Positions 1 to 10,470 of a stretch of DNA of 22,775 nucleotides are shown here, one piece after another (within the stretch, counting starts at the first letter, position 1; the number at the start of each line of letters is the position of its first letter). Made by a program: the position numbers and the translations under genes. The notes below the pieces were generated by a model. It worked only from the letters and a program-made list of their open reading frames with translations. It was not told the DNA's origin and did not search any database. Source of the stretch: Ginkgo biloba (taxonomy: Eukaryota > Plantae > Ginkgophyta); NCBI GenBank assembly GCA_024626585.2, contig JANKJI020000002.1, positions 13,618,516 to 13,641,290 on the forward strand, written 5' to 3'.

Positions 1-904
1 TAGGAGTTTAATTGAGCACTATTATTAGGTAAACTTGTTGATAAATGACTAGACTAAATGCTTTTTGTCACATTATATACTAGAATAAAATAGTCTTCTA
101 ATTAAGTCTAACTTGGAATGCTCTTTTATATGTATAAAAATCATACTACAATTTTAGAAAATATATCTCTAATCTTTATGCATAAAAGATAAAGATGGAG
201 GAAATAATATTTTGCATGTATATTTGTGAGCTAACCTCATAATAAATCTTCTAACATTAAACAATTACAATCATATATAATATTATAAAATTCATTTTGG
301 ATGTGGAATGGTACTAGAATTATGATTACTTGAAGTAGAAATTGATGGTTAGGCCAAAATTACTATATGGCTATTTTAGAATAGAACAAACACGAAAAAT
401 GTGGCCAAAATTATGGCATGTCACCCTATTATAATATAAGCAGAGTCTACCTACAACCATCACTACATTACTCTATAGTTTTGAGACATCACAACAAAGG
501 AGGAACTTGTAAGCATGTTAATGTAAAAAAATGAGCTTATTCTTTTCCTCTTGGTTACTTGTGATGAATCTCCTTTTTCTAAGTTCTTCCATTTCCCTTC
601 AAAGGAGATAGAGGCATCAACTCAAATTTGAACCATTAAGAGCTATTGGCCCAACTATAACGCGAGACATGGTGTGATAAACGACTCCCATAGTTGAATA
701 CATAGGGACTCTATAGGTAGCAAGAGCATAGATACATGGAATTCAAACATGCTTGTTGAAATGGTTAAGTTGGATTCATTTTTTAAAGAAGGTTGAAACC
801 TAAGAAAACATATACTTAAGTTGTAGTCACTTCATTCTTGTCTAAAGGATCTGCATAATAACAATAGATATCAATCTTATATGATTTGTTGATATGAGAA
901 TTTG

Positions 905-2190
905 TTGAAGAAATAATTCATTCCTTCATTTTTAAATAGTCTATAATATCAACACTCTTATATAATACAAGGACTTTTAAAAATCTTTGGCAAATGTAAA
1001 AAAGACCACCATCAAAATCATCTACTATGATAAGTATATAGTTAAGAAAGCAATCATTGCAATCCTAAACCTTAACCAAATCTCTTTAACATGCATGCAT
1101 TTCCAAAATAAATTAAGAATAAATTTCTCTTCATAATTATATGAGCATAAAATATAACCCCCAATTTGATTAATGTACAACATGTGGGCAACTTCTTGTG
1201 TAGAACCAACTAAAGAAAAGTTCTAATTTTCAATCCAAAATGAATGTTTAGAATTAACAATTCCTTTCAATCTACATAAAATAAGGATCACCATAGTTTT
1301 CATATGTTATTTAATTTAACTGGAGCATTATAATTAGACACAATTAGAATATATAATTATATAATTAAGAAATGATGGAAGGAGGTGTCAACAACCCATT
1401 TCTAGTCTTTCCATTAAGTTAATTACTTGAAGGACTTGCAATATATTTGACAAGGAAAAATAGGAAGTTTATGAGCTTAGATTAGTATTGGCCAAGGCTC
1501 CCACTCTTGGCTACTTTATCTTAGAGATATGCAACTTATGTAATGCCATTCTCAAATTGGAGTTTTGCCTTGTAAGGAAACACAATAACGAAACACTAGT
1601 TTTTACATTAGATCACAAATAACCATCATATTAAGAAATGGGGAGAAGGAAATCTCTTCCTCAAACCTTAGCCATTTCTTCTCAAGATCTGAAGCCCTCT
1701 AAATTGATCTTGTAACCAAAGAGCCACCTTTTAATATATTGATAGAAGGAAGTTTTTATGATATTATAAACCTTAGGAGTTCATTTCATAGGCCATCACT
1801 TGTCGTCGACCTTATGATCCATTTATAAGCTAAAGCAATACCTTGGGCTTGGATATCAACTAAATTAATACCTCTCTTAGAGAAATGCATACAATGCATT
1901 TTATAATTGACTTGGGGTAATGTTTGATGAGTTGAAGATATATCCATAGAAAGTTTCTACGTAATATAGTAAGGATCTTGTAAGTTGCTCTAAAGGGTAG
2001 TTAATATGAAGCCTAACATACATGCATAGAGGAGAGGATCTTGAAGACCTCAATACCTCACTAAAATGATGCATCCTTCGTATTCAAATACATGAGCATC
2101 TTTTTTACTTTCTTGAATATCTTGAACGCACATATTTACTTGAAGTATTACAACTAAAGAGAATCCCAAGAAATTCAATTACTTAGTTGT
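905..2190 (-). mobile_element. Degenerate L1-type (plant) LINE ORF2, post-RT region through zf-RVT
   Basis: Manual minus-strand translation through stops and frameshifts gives the expected motifs in order: EFLGILF (~2180-2155; YLGIP-like), ILSSMH (~2040), RNFLW (1958-1944), GINLVDIQAQGIALAYKWIIR (~1872-1810), GGSLVTRSI*RA (~1728-1693), LKIRTFL*LVLHKKLPT (~1233-1183), YILC..E...LFWKC...KEIW (zf-RVT, ~1157-1076) and L*TI*K*RNELF (946-911; WxIWxERN). Confidence 0.85.
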
Positions 2191-2229
2191 CTTACATTAG
2201 TTGTCGTTATTAATTATAAAAGATTTGGA

Positions 2230-2589
2230 CCAAAGCCTAAACAATAATAATGTAATAGGCCTAAGTCAACCATGTCAAAAGCATAACACAAATCAAACTT
2301 AACTACCTAAATTAAGCCGACCTCACTACCTATGATGAATAAATCATCAACATAAATCACCAGAATCACAATGTCATCACCTGTGCATTTCACATACAAG
2401 TTTGGATCAAAAGGGCTTCTTTTGAATCCAAATCCCAGCAGATGTTGGTCAATTTTTATGTACTGGGCTCTGGGAGCCTGCTTCAACCCGTAAAGAGCCT
2501 TTGTTAGTCTACAAACCAAACCATCACCAATCTGGAAACCCTGTGACTCTAGGAGCCTGCTTCAACCCATAAAGAGTCTTTGTCAACCT
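2230..2589 (-). mobile_element. Ty1/copia reverse transcriptase fragment (RVT_2)
   Basis: ORF 2307-2519 reads VCRLTKALYGLKQAPR...FKRSPFDPNLY...IYVDDL. After one stop it continues as FDMVDLGLLHY. It is truncated at ~2230 and runs into the N-gap at 2590. No LTR is visible. Confidence 0.95.
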
Positions 2590-3234
2590 NNNNNNNNNNN
2601 NNNNNNNNNNNNNNNNNNNNNNNNNNNNNNNNNNNNNNNNNNNNNNNNNNNNNNNNNNNNNNNNNNNNNNNNNNNNNNNNNNNNNNNNNNNNNNNNNNNN
2701 NNNNNNNNNNNNNNNNNNNNNNNNNNNNNNNNNNNNNNNNNNNNNNNNNNNNNNNNNNNNNNNNNNNNNNNNNNNNNNNNNNNNNNNNNNNNNNNNNNNN
2801 NNNNNNNNNNNNNNNNNNNNNNNNNNNNNNNNNNNNNNNNNNNNNNNNNNNNNNNNNNNNNNNNNNNNNNNNNNNNNNNNNNNNNNNNNNNNNNNNNNNN
2901 NNNNNNNNNNNNNNNNNNNNNNNNNNNNNNNNNNNNNNNNNNNNNNNNNNNNNNNNNNNNNNNNNNNNNNNNNNNNNNNNNNNNNNNNNNNNNNNNNNNN
3001 NNNNNNNNNNNNNNNNNNNNNNNNNNNNNNNNNNNNNNNNNNNNNNNNNNNNNNNNNNNNNNNNNNNNNNNNNNNNNNNNNNNNNNNNNNNNNNNNNNNN
3101 NNNNNNNNNNNNNNNNNNNNNNNNNNNNNNNNNNNNNNNNNNNNNNNNNNNNNNNNNNNNNNNNNNNNNNNNNNNNNNNNNNNNNNNNNNNNNNNNNNNN
3201 NNNNNNNNNNNNNNNNNNNNNNNNNNNNNNNNNN

Positions 3235-5070
3235 ATTGTAAGGTCTTAGGGATCTTTGTCCTACCACTTAGGTTTGTCAAGGATATAACAAATCTCAAAA
3301 ACTGCCTCTAGGCTATATGTCCCTTCCCATTTCTCTCGATGGAAAGAATGTTATGGTTGAAGTAGTTTTGAAGAGTTAGATTATATTATAATTTTAGGAA
3401 AGACTTGAATTGATAAAATGGAAGTCGTAGTCTCATCACTATTTGAAGAAATTCAATTCTTTCATTTTGGTCGTCTTCACAACATAAAAATAATTCAAAC
3501 TTTCTCAAAGTCTGTAGCTTCATCCTTGATAATTTCCTTAGTTAATATTTCCTCCAATGAAGGTGGTAATAATGAAGAAATGACTAAGGACTTTGTCCCA
3601 CTTAGTTTTGATTAGTACCTATTTATCAAGGATTCTACCCTCGACTATTTAGATACTACCCTTAAAGAAGTTAATCTACTCTAAAAGCCCCAAGTCCATC
3701 ATGTTAACAACATTTCTATGGCATATATTATTCCATAAGATGAGAAGGATCCCCGTAATCATTTTGTCATAAATAATCTAGGAAGGACTAATACTCCCCC
3801 TATAGATATTTTCATTCCTCAAGAAGGAACTCCACTTATTATTCAATATCATGGGAAAGTTAGACCCACCCCTTTTTCAATATTACATGAGCCATTAATC
3901 CCTATATAACTCTTCTCCTCCTAGTTGAGGACCAATTACCACATGATGAACCATCATTTTTTCTCAATATAGATCAACAAAACATTGACCAACCAAGTTT
4001 AACACCAAACATATTTGATCCAACTAGGAGCCGCACCCATTTTTATCATCATGCTACCCCATTCCCTAGAGTAGAATTCACCCCTTTCCTATTCATGTAA
4101 TGGGGTTATAACTTATTTGATGCTACAACTCCTCCACCTATAAATATACATGTAGGTACTTCTTTGTTAGTCAAACCCACTAATTGTCTATTGGTGAATT
4201 AATAGAAATTGCTTACTAACCCTAATCATATTTTGAACAAGAATATACAAGCTTCAAATGTCTACCATATTTGCATGCTTCATTCTTGTCCCATCTATGA
4301 AGATAGGCCTTCCGATATCCCTTCATATTATGTAGCGATATAATTATCACCTTCACTTGACCATTAAATTCAGGAGCACTGCCTTTCCATATTAAATTAA
4401 ATAATTAATTGAACTTTCTCATGAGTTATTTGACATATTCACTTGGGATTATTCAGACATGAAGCGAATGGACCCTGATGTAGTTTCACATAATATCATT
4501 GTGAATCTAGGGACTAATCTTGTTAAAAATGCCAACATCCTATCAATCTAAAAGTTTTGGAGGTAGTCAAATAAGAAGTCAAGAAATTGATCAAAATGGG
4601 ATTTATCATGCCCATTGATTATCCTTAATGGGTTGCTAACATTATGCCAGTCAAAAAGAAAAATGGTGCAATCCAAATCTCCATAGAATTTCATAACATA
4701 AATGATGCTTGTCCTAAGGATGACTTTCCACTCCCCTTTATTGATCAAATTCTTGATCAAACTATAGGATTTGAAGTTATATATTTGATGGATGGGTTTT
4801 ATACTTACAACTAGATCTTCATTTCCCTTGAGGATTGTCATTAAACTTTATTTACAACACCTTGGAGAACCTTTATGTATAAATTCATGCCTTTTAGGCT
4901 AAAAAATACTAGTGCCACATACCAATAGGCCATGACCTAAATTTTTCACAACTTAATCGAAAAAATCATCCAAGCATATGTTGATGACCTCATGGGATTT
5001 TCTTATAAGATATAATACCATCTTAGCAATCTTAGGACCATTTTTTAGCAATGTAAAAAATATTGATTGG
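3235..5070 (+). mobile_element. Degenerate Ty3/gypsy pol (protease C-terminus, long spacer, RT); non-chromovirus Tat/Ogre-like
   Basis: 3235-3490 gives protease-like CKVLG..GYNKSQKLPLGYMSLPISLDGKNVMVEV..LDYIIILGK. 4430-5065 gives FDIFTWDYSDMKRMDPDVVSH, WVANIMPVKKKNG, NDACPKDDFPLPFIDQILD, MDGFYTYN*I, MPFRLKNTSATYQ*AM and QAYVDDL, with many stops. The lineage call comes from recalled motif resemblance and is less certain than the gypsy call. Confidence 0.9.
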
Positions 5071-5641
5071 GACTTACAGATGTCCGGTTTGAATCGTTGT
5101 AGTTGATGATCTTAGAAGAGACTGACTAAACTCTATCGTTGTTCACTAGTAAATGTAATTGGGTAGTACTGTTGTAAATAATCGCGTTACTTGCTTTTGA
5201 AAAGAAGTAGAAGATCATATTGGTGTTGACGTCATAAGCTTAGAAACGACTGTCATCGCAACTATTTACTGTTCTAAGGTCTGGTATATTATTGTAGACC
5301 TTAGGATTTATTATATTGGAAATTAATATAGTTGAATAACTGTCAGTAGGGGTTGGATACTCTGGCTCCCTAGATTTATTCCGATGCCGAAGATGGGTTG
5401 AAACAGACCTATTGTTGGAATAATTAATGTTTAGTCTCCTTCACANNNNNNNNNNNNNNNNNNNNNNNNNNNNNNNNNNNNNNNNNNNNNNNNNNNNNNN
5501 NNNNNNNNNNNNNNNNNNNNNNNNNNNNNNNNNNNNNNNNNNNNNCAAGTGTTGAATATGAGTTTCCATCTGCTTGATTGGGCGGTGAAGGCCGAAGACG
5601 CTCACCGTTCCAACCAAGGTTCGGGTAACAGTGGGGGCGCA

Positions 5642-5677
5642 ATGGGAAAAGACAGCTATGCTTGTAGATATGTGGAT
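5642..5677 (+). CDS. Putative first coding exon (MGKDSYACRYVD) of the uncharacterised gene; the start could instead be ATG 5558 or lie upstream in the gap
   Basis: The segment is GC/CpG-richer and looks unique. The ORF 5549 frame meets GAT|GTAAGA at 5677/5678, a phase-0 donor that matches the phase-0 acceptor at 8008/8009. Confidence 0.45.
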
Positions 5678-5913
5678 GTAAGAGACGCACCCTTTGGAGG
5701 ATGGTTGCTTTGCTTCATAAAAATTGCTTCTGGGCTGGGCCATTTGGCTGTTCCTGCCAGAGAGGCAGGATAATGGCTAGAGTCTGTCTAAAATTAAGAG
5801 TCTCTAGCCACTCTATCAAGTTGTCAAAAAAACAAGAAATATAACATATTACATTGCAGTTTGTAGCAATGGCCCACATGCAATAAATATTGAGAATGTA
5901 GGTATCCTAATTG

Positions 5914-6960
5914 GAACTTCAGAGTTTCTGAAATATGTGAAGAATGGGAGTAAGGAATCTTTTATTTTGAGAATGTAAGCAATATTTGTTGCTAATGATT
6001 TCTTAGCACCGCCCCCACCCCCCAGATTTGGTCCCTAAAGTTGGACGGACGATTTCTACGTGCTGATTGAACCAAATAGTGATTAGAAAGTGGGCATGGG
6101 AAATCTCCAGCATGTGATGAATTCATTCTTGAATGAACATCAAAATAAGCAAATGTTTTTCTTAATGTCGGACACTTGATTTATGAGAACAGATTCAGCT
6201 AAACGATAAGTTGAGAGCATTGATGGAAACATGGAGCTTATTTGTTAACTTAGTTACTGAACAGCAACAGAAGTGCACGCTGTTCTGGTTAGAAGTTCAG
6301 AGTTTCTCAAATGTCTCAAGAGTTTGTAAGGGCTCTTTTATTTTGAGCATGTAAGCAAGATTTGTTGATAATGATTCCTTAGTTTTTTTGGATTTTGGTC
6401 CTTAAAGTTGGACAGATGATTTCTATGAGCAGATTGAATCAAATAATAGTTAGAAAGTGGGCATGGGAAATCTAGGGCGTAGTGGTTTCCTTCCTGGAAT
6501 GGACAGCAAAATAAGCCTTTACTGACCTTAATATTGGACCTTGATTTATTAGTACAGATTCAAACTGAATGATATGTGGAGAGTGCTGATGGAAACATAG
6601 GTCTTATTTGTTTCCTTAAGTGAATGAACAGCAACAGAAGTGTGCATTGTTCTTGAAGTTGGATAGTTGATTTCTTACAACAGATTGAACTATGTAAGGT
6701 GTGGAGAGTGGTCATGGAGATATCAGGCTTATTTGTTTCCTTCCATGGATGAATGACAAAACAAACCTGCTTGTTGGTAATGCTTGAGTCTTATTTCTAT
6801 GAACAGATCAAAGGAAACAAATGTATAGGGCATAGTTGTTTCCTTCTTGGAACAATCCCACCTTGTTCTTTAGTTTGGACACTTGATTTCTATAAATATA
6901 ATGAAATAATTGATACATTGAGAGTGTTGATAAAAATGTTATGCTTTACTTATTTTCGTT
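5914..6960. repeat. Degenerate intronic tandem repeat: two ~370-bp units (5914-6291, 6292-~6655) built from ~125-bp monomers, with further monomers to ~6960
   Basis: Exact shared blocks are TTAGAAAGTGGGCATGGGAAATCT (6083-6106, 6450-6473) and TGAACAGCAACAGAAGTG (6258-6275, 6625-6642). The motif TTGGA..GATTT...CAGATT recurs near 6041, 6168, 6408, 6535, 6659, 6790 and 6876. Confidence 0.85.
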
Positions 6961-8008
6961 GATTCTCAATTTCTATGATATTTTCAAACTTTGTTTTTTG
7001 TTGTTAATCTTGACTTGATTCTCTTTGGAGTTCCTCATACTACAAACTAGGGTTTATATAGTATTGAAGTCAACCTTATGGTTAGTCCCAAAATCATAGA
7101 TTATAACAACTTTGAAATCCCCATAGAAATTTTTATTATATCAAAGCATACTATGGACAACATACCATATCAAAACATAGGTTTATAAAATTTTCTTTGA
7201 ATCCTCATACCCTATTGTTATTTATATCATGCTACAAATGACCTTCATTTAATTTTTTTCTAATAGTATGAAGTTGACAATACACTAAAGAGTTGTAACA
7301 TATATTTATTTGAATCTAAGGGGATCCATTTATATCTTTTGGCAGTAGAGTTTTTATGTCTAGAAAACATAAATACTAAATTGAGGATCTTGCATTTCAT
7401 GTAGTCTATAGGAGTCTTGTTTCATAAAGTGATGGTATTAATTTCAAACTATTATAGTAATTTCGTTTGGTGATGTTGCATCCCTTGGACTTGGGGCCAT
7501 TCAGGTTATATATCTATCCCCAAATCTTATCAATTTCCATATACTAGGGTGACTAACATAAAAGTTATCGTTCTTTGGTTTCTTATCCTAGTATTAGTAA
7601 TAGATATCCATCTTTGATCATTTTTCTCTGCTGCAGTATAGGTGTTCATGACTACACTTTCTATATGGTTAATGGATAAAGTTGGTTGACGTCTCTTACT
7701 TATGGTGAGAAAATAGTTTATGAGGCTATAAACTATGGAGTTGGTTAATGTGAATTGATTACTTTAATTTGAATTAAAATAATTGACATNNNNNNNNNNN
7801 NNNNNNNNNNNNNNNNNNNNNNNNNNNNNNNNNNNNNTATGCTAGACAGATTGACCAATTATGTGCATGGTGTTCGCAGAGATGTAGTGCTTGTTTCTTT
7901 TAGTTGTTAAAAATTAATATGATTTCTATGAACAGATTGAATATAAGAATTCATAGATAGTGGTCAGAGATATGAATGGCTTATTGTTTTTATGTTTTTA
8001 ATAAACAG

Positions 8009-8492
8009 CAAAAGGAAGTAGAGCATCAAGCTGGAGTAGCACTAGTGAAAAGGCTTTTTAAAGTGGGAAGTCCCTTGCAGGACAATGCTACAGGTTCCCA
8101 CCATCAAAGCCCTCCAATTTTACAATGGCCATATACACCACAGGCTCCACACGAACACTCCGTGCAGTTCCCAAATCACTCTTCTCAGGTTCAGCATCCT
8201 CAACCCCTAGCCCGCCATCAACCTCAGCATCAACAGCAACTTCAACAACATCAACATCAGCAACAGCAGCAGCAAGTACATCATGGACATCAGGGTGTAT
8301 TGCAGCAAGGGCAGCCTCAGGTGCATCAGCAAACTGCACCATATTGGCCACATCCAGAATTTCCTGGAACGGCACCACCGCCTGGTCCATTCTATCCATT
8401 TCCTCCAGGATCTGGTGATTCCAACTGGCAAGCCTCTGCATATACTGGTGCTCATGCTGCAAGTGATCATGCCACACCATATGGATACCAAG
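8009..8492 (+). CDS. Coding exon 2 of the uncharacterised gene: Q/H/P-rich low-complexity region (3' boundary uncertain, 8492 or 8519)
   Basis: Lies within ORF 7976-8551, after a T-rich tract and AAACAG acceptor at 8008 (alternative in-frame TTGCAG at 8080). Phase-1 donors AAG|GTGGCT at 8492 and 8519 fit the phase-1 acceptor at 9050. Confidence 0.75.
8215..8332 (+). repeat. Imperfect CAG/CAA/CAT codon repeat encoding a polyQ/H tract
   Basis: Encodes HQPQHQQQLQQHQHQQQQQQVHHGHQGVLQQGQPQVHQQ. Confidence 0.9.
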
Positions 8493-8859
8493 GTGGCTCC
8501 TTAATCTCATCTAGCAAAGGTGGCTTATATAGCTTGAGTTTATACACATAAAATAAAGGATAAAGTTCCATGTAGGGTGGTAAATCTAAGTGGAATGCAT
8601 TAGGCCCAAGTTTCTCTATGATGAGGTATGGTCCATAACATATAGGCTTGATATTCCATTCCTTCTCCTTGAACCTATCCTTAGGTAGATAGATCCATAC
8701 TCTATCCTAACCTAAAATGTATGATCTTTCTTATGTCGATCACTAGCCTCCTTTTATTTCTTCCATGCCTTCTCCATAGCCTCATGAACTTGGTTATGAA
8801 CTCATTGAATATGCTCAATGAAATTCTTAGCCTGCTTATGCCCATGGTGCTCAAAAGTA
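8493..8859 (-). mobile_element. Ty3/gypsy integrase C-terminal (GPY/F) fragment, antisense to the host gene
   Basis: The minus strand reads AKNFIEHIQ*VHNQVHEAMEKA..DRHKKDHTF*V, then a frameshift, then DRVWIYLPKDRF..IKPICYGPYLIIEKLGPNAFHLDLPPYMELYPLFYVYKLKLYKPPLLDE. Confidence 0.9.
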
Positions 8860-9050
8860 NNNNNNNNNNNNNNNNNNNNNNNNNNNNNNNNNNNNNNNNN
8901 NNNNNNNNNNNNNNNNNNNNNNNNNNNNNNNNNNNNNNNNNNNNNNNNNNNNNNNNNNNTTCAACTGCAGCTAATCTGAGAAAGAAAACAATTGTAAACT
9001 GTTGAAATTTATCATTCTGCTTGGGTTTATGCCTTTGTTTCTCACTTCAG

Positions 9051-9262
9051 GACCATGGGACGCAGCAGCATGGTGGGCACATTCACATCAGCAGGCTCCA
9101 TATCCTTATCCATATCCAGCATATGGTGGTGGATATGGCTACATGGCAGCACCTCCTGCTCCACCAACAGCAGGCTCTGCTCCAAGTGGAGGTTGTCAGA
9201 GGGGAGTTATTAGGCCTCCTTCTGGGCTCTCTCAGAAGCATCAGCGTTTGTGGGAAGCACAG
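9051..9262 (+). CDS. Coding exon 3 of the uncharacterised gene (GPWDAAAWW...GVIRPPSGLSQKHQRLWEAQ)
   Basis: Pyrimidine-rich acceptor TTTCTCACTTCAG at 9050, an open frame, and donor CAG|GTGAGA at 9262/9263 (phase 0). Confidence 0.88.
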
Positions 9263-9399
9263 GTGAGAACAACTATTTAATCAAATGCAAAATGGGGTTG
9301 ATTTTCTTTGAGTATTCTTCTTCAACATAGCGTATGAACCTCCTAAGTGGTTAAAAAAGAAATGGTAACTTTGTCATGATGATTCCTGTGGTGTTGCAG

Positions 9400-10470
9400 T
9401 CAATGGAAAATGTGCAACTGTGGGGTGCACTGGCTCGGGCAGAGGCAGATATTGCTGCATATCGTGGTAGGCTTATGAAATTGGAGGCAGACCTTTTTGC
9501 AATGAAGACACACCATGATGCTGCTGTTGATGGTTCTGCTGGAGCAACCAATGCTCCACAGACTGCAAGGAAAGGTAGAAATAAGAAAGCCACTATTATC
9601 ACTACCTCTGCACTGAATTCTGCTGACAATATCCAGCATCGATCTCGGGGAAGGAAGATTACAGCTTGCAAGATGGCAGTTGAAGGCAAGGAAAAGCATG
9701 ACAGTGAAAAAGAGAAAGAAACCAAGGCTGAAGAGAAAGATAAGGTTAGCACTCCTGTACCAGTTGGTCCCACAAATCTTGCTGCCCCTGAAGAGGAACA
9801 AGAAAAGGTTCCACCGATGTTCCCTAATGGCAGTGACTTTGAACTTGACAAAAATAAATCCAGACTCACTTCGGATTTTCAAACCACGGTCATATGCCAC
9901 AGTCACGTGTTCCCAAATGATGCTGATAATCTTCAATATAGCAGTATCAACCAGATTGGTACATTTGGAACACCTCTTCCTGTTGCAGAAAGGAAAGAAA
10001 ATGGTAATGAGCATGCTATGGACAGAAAGGGTTCTTTTGTAGGGCCTACACAAAATCTTAATAATTTTATAGAGAACAAAGCTTCAGAATCTGGTGAAGA
10101 AGGTTCTGCTTCTTACAGAGGTGCAAATAATAGGGTCAACGGGTGGTCATCTGCAGCTCCTTCAGGTGACGGTGTGAGGAATATGATGCTTGATACTAGG
10201 CTGCACACATTTTATGACCATGGAAATGTTATGAGGTCAGATACAATGCGTGGAGCGAAGATTCTTTCTCCCTGGGGCTATGTAGGTGAGGATGCCTCAG
10301 AGGAACAAGATGACGTGGTTCCATCAGGAAAAGAAGAAGAAGATGAGGAAATGGATGAGGATGCAGATTCAGCTCTGGATGAAGTAAGGAGGCCAAAAGT
10401 AGAAGGTATTTTAAGATTAGAATCAGCATCTGGGATCTCCAAAGGGTTGACTCAGATGAACAGATGGTAG
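9400..10470 (+). CDS. Terminal coding exon of the uncharacterised gene: coiled-coil-like segment, basic patches, long disordered region, acidic tract, stop TAG
   Basis: Acceptor TTGCAG at 9399 follows a 137-bp GT-AG intron in phase 0. The frame is open for 356 sense codons (SMENVQLWGALARAEADIAAYRGRLMKLEADL...RKGRNKK...RSRGRK...EEEDEEMDED...NRW*). Confidence 0.92.
   Translation, partial: SMENVQLWGALARAEADIAAYRGRLMKLEADLFAMKTHHDAAVDGSAGATNAPQTARKGRNKKATIITTSALNSADNIQHRSRGRKITACKMAVEGKEKHDSEKEKETKAEEKDKVSTPVPVGPTNLAAPEEEQEKVPPMFPNGSDFELDKNKSRLTSDFQTTVICHSHVFPNDADNLQYSSINQIGTFGTPLPVAERKENGNEHAMDRKGSFVGPTQNLNNFIENKASESGEEGSASYRGANNRVNGWSSAAPSGDGVRNMMLDTRLHTFYDHGNVMRSDTMRGAKILSPWGYVGEDASEEQDDVVPSGKEEEDEEMDEDADSALDEVRRPKVEGILRLESASGISKGLTQMNRW

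Noticed and set aside
2524-3311. Long ORFs of 243-249 aa in the ORF track
   Set aside because: They consist almost entirely of translated N-gap. The same applies to other X-containing ORFs.
4548-4841. 97-aa minus-strand ORF
   Set aside because: It is the antisense shadow of the gypsy RT.
6110-6265. Possible C/D-box snoRNA (GTGATGA at 6114, CTGA at 6257) or a snoRNA cluster explaining the repeat
   Set aside because: The boxes are not preserved in the sister repeat unit, and I see no terminal stem or recognisable rRNA complementarity.
8088-10053. Overlapping and antisense ORFs (8088-8510, 8125-8418, 8207-8491, 9351-9869, 9400-10053, 9680-10042)
   Set aside because: These are shadow frames of low-complexity coding exons with no independent motifs.
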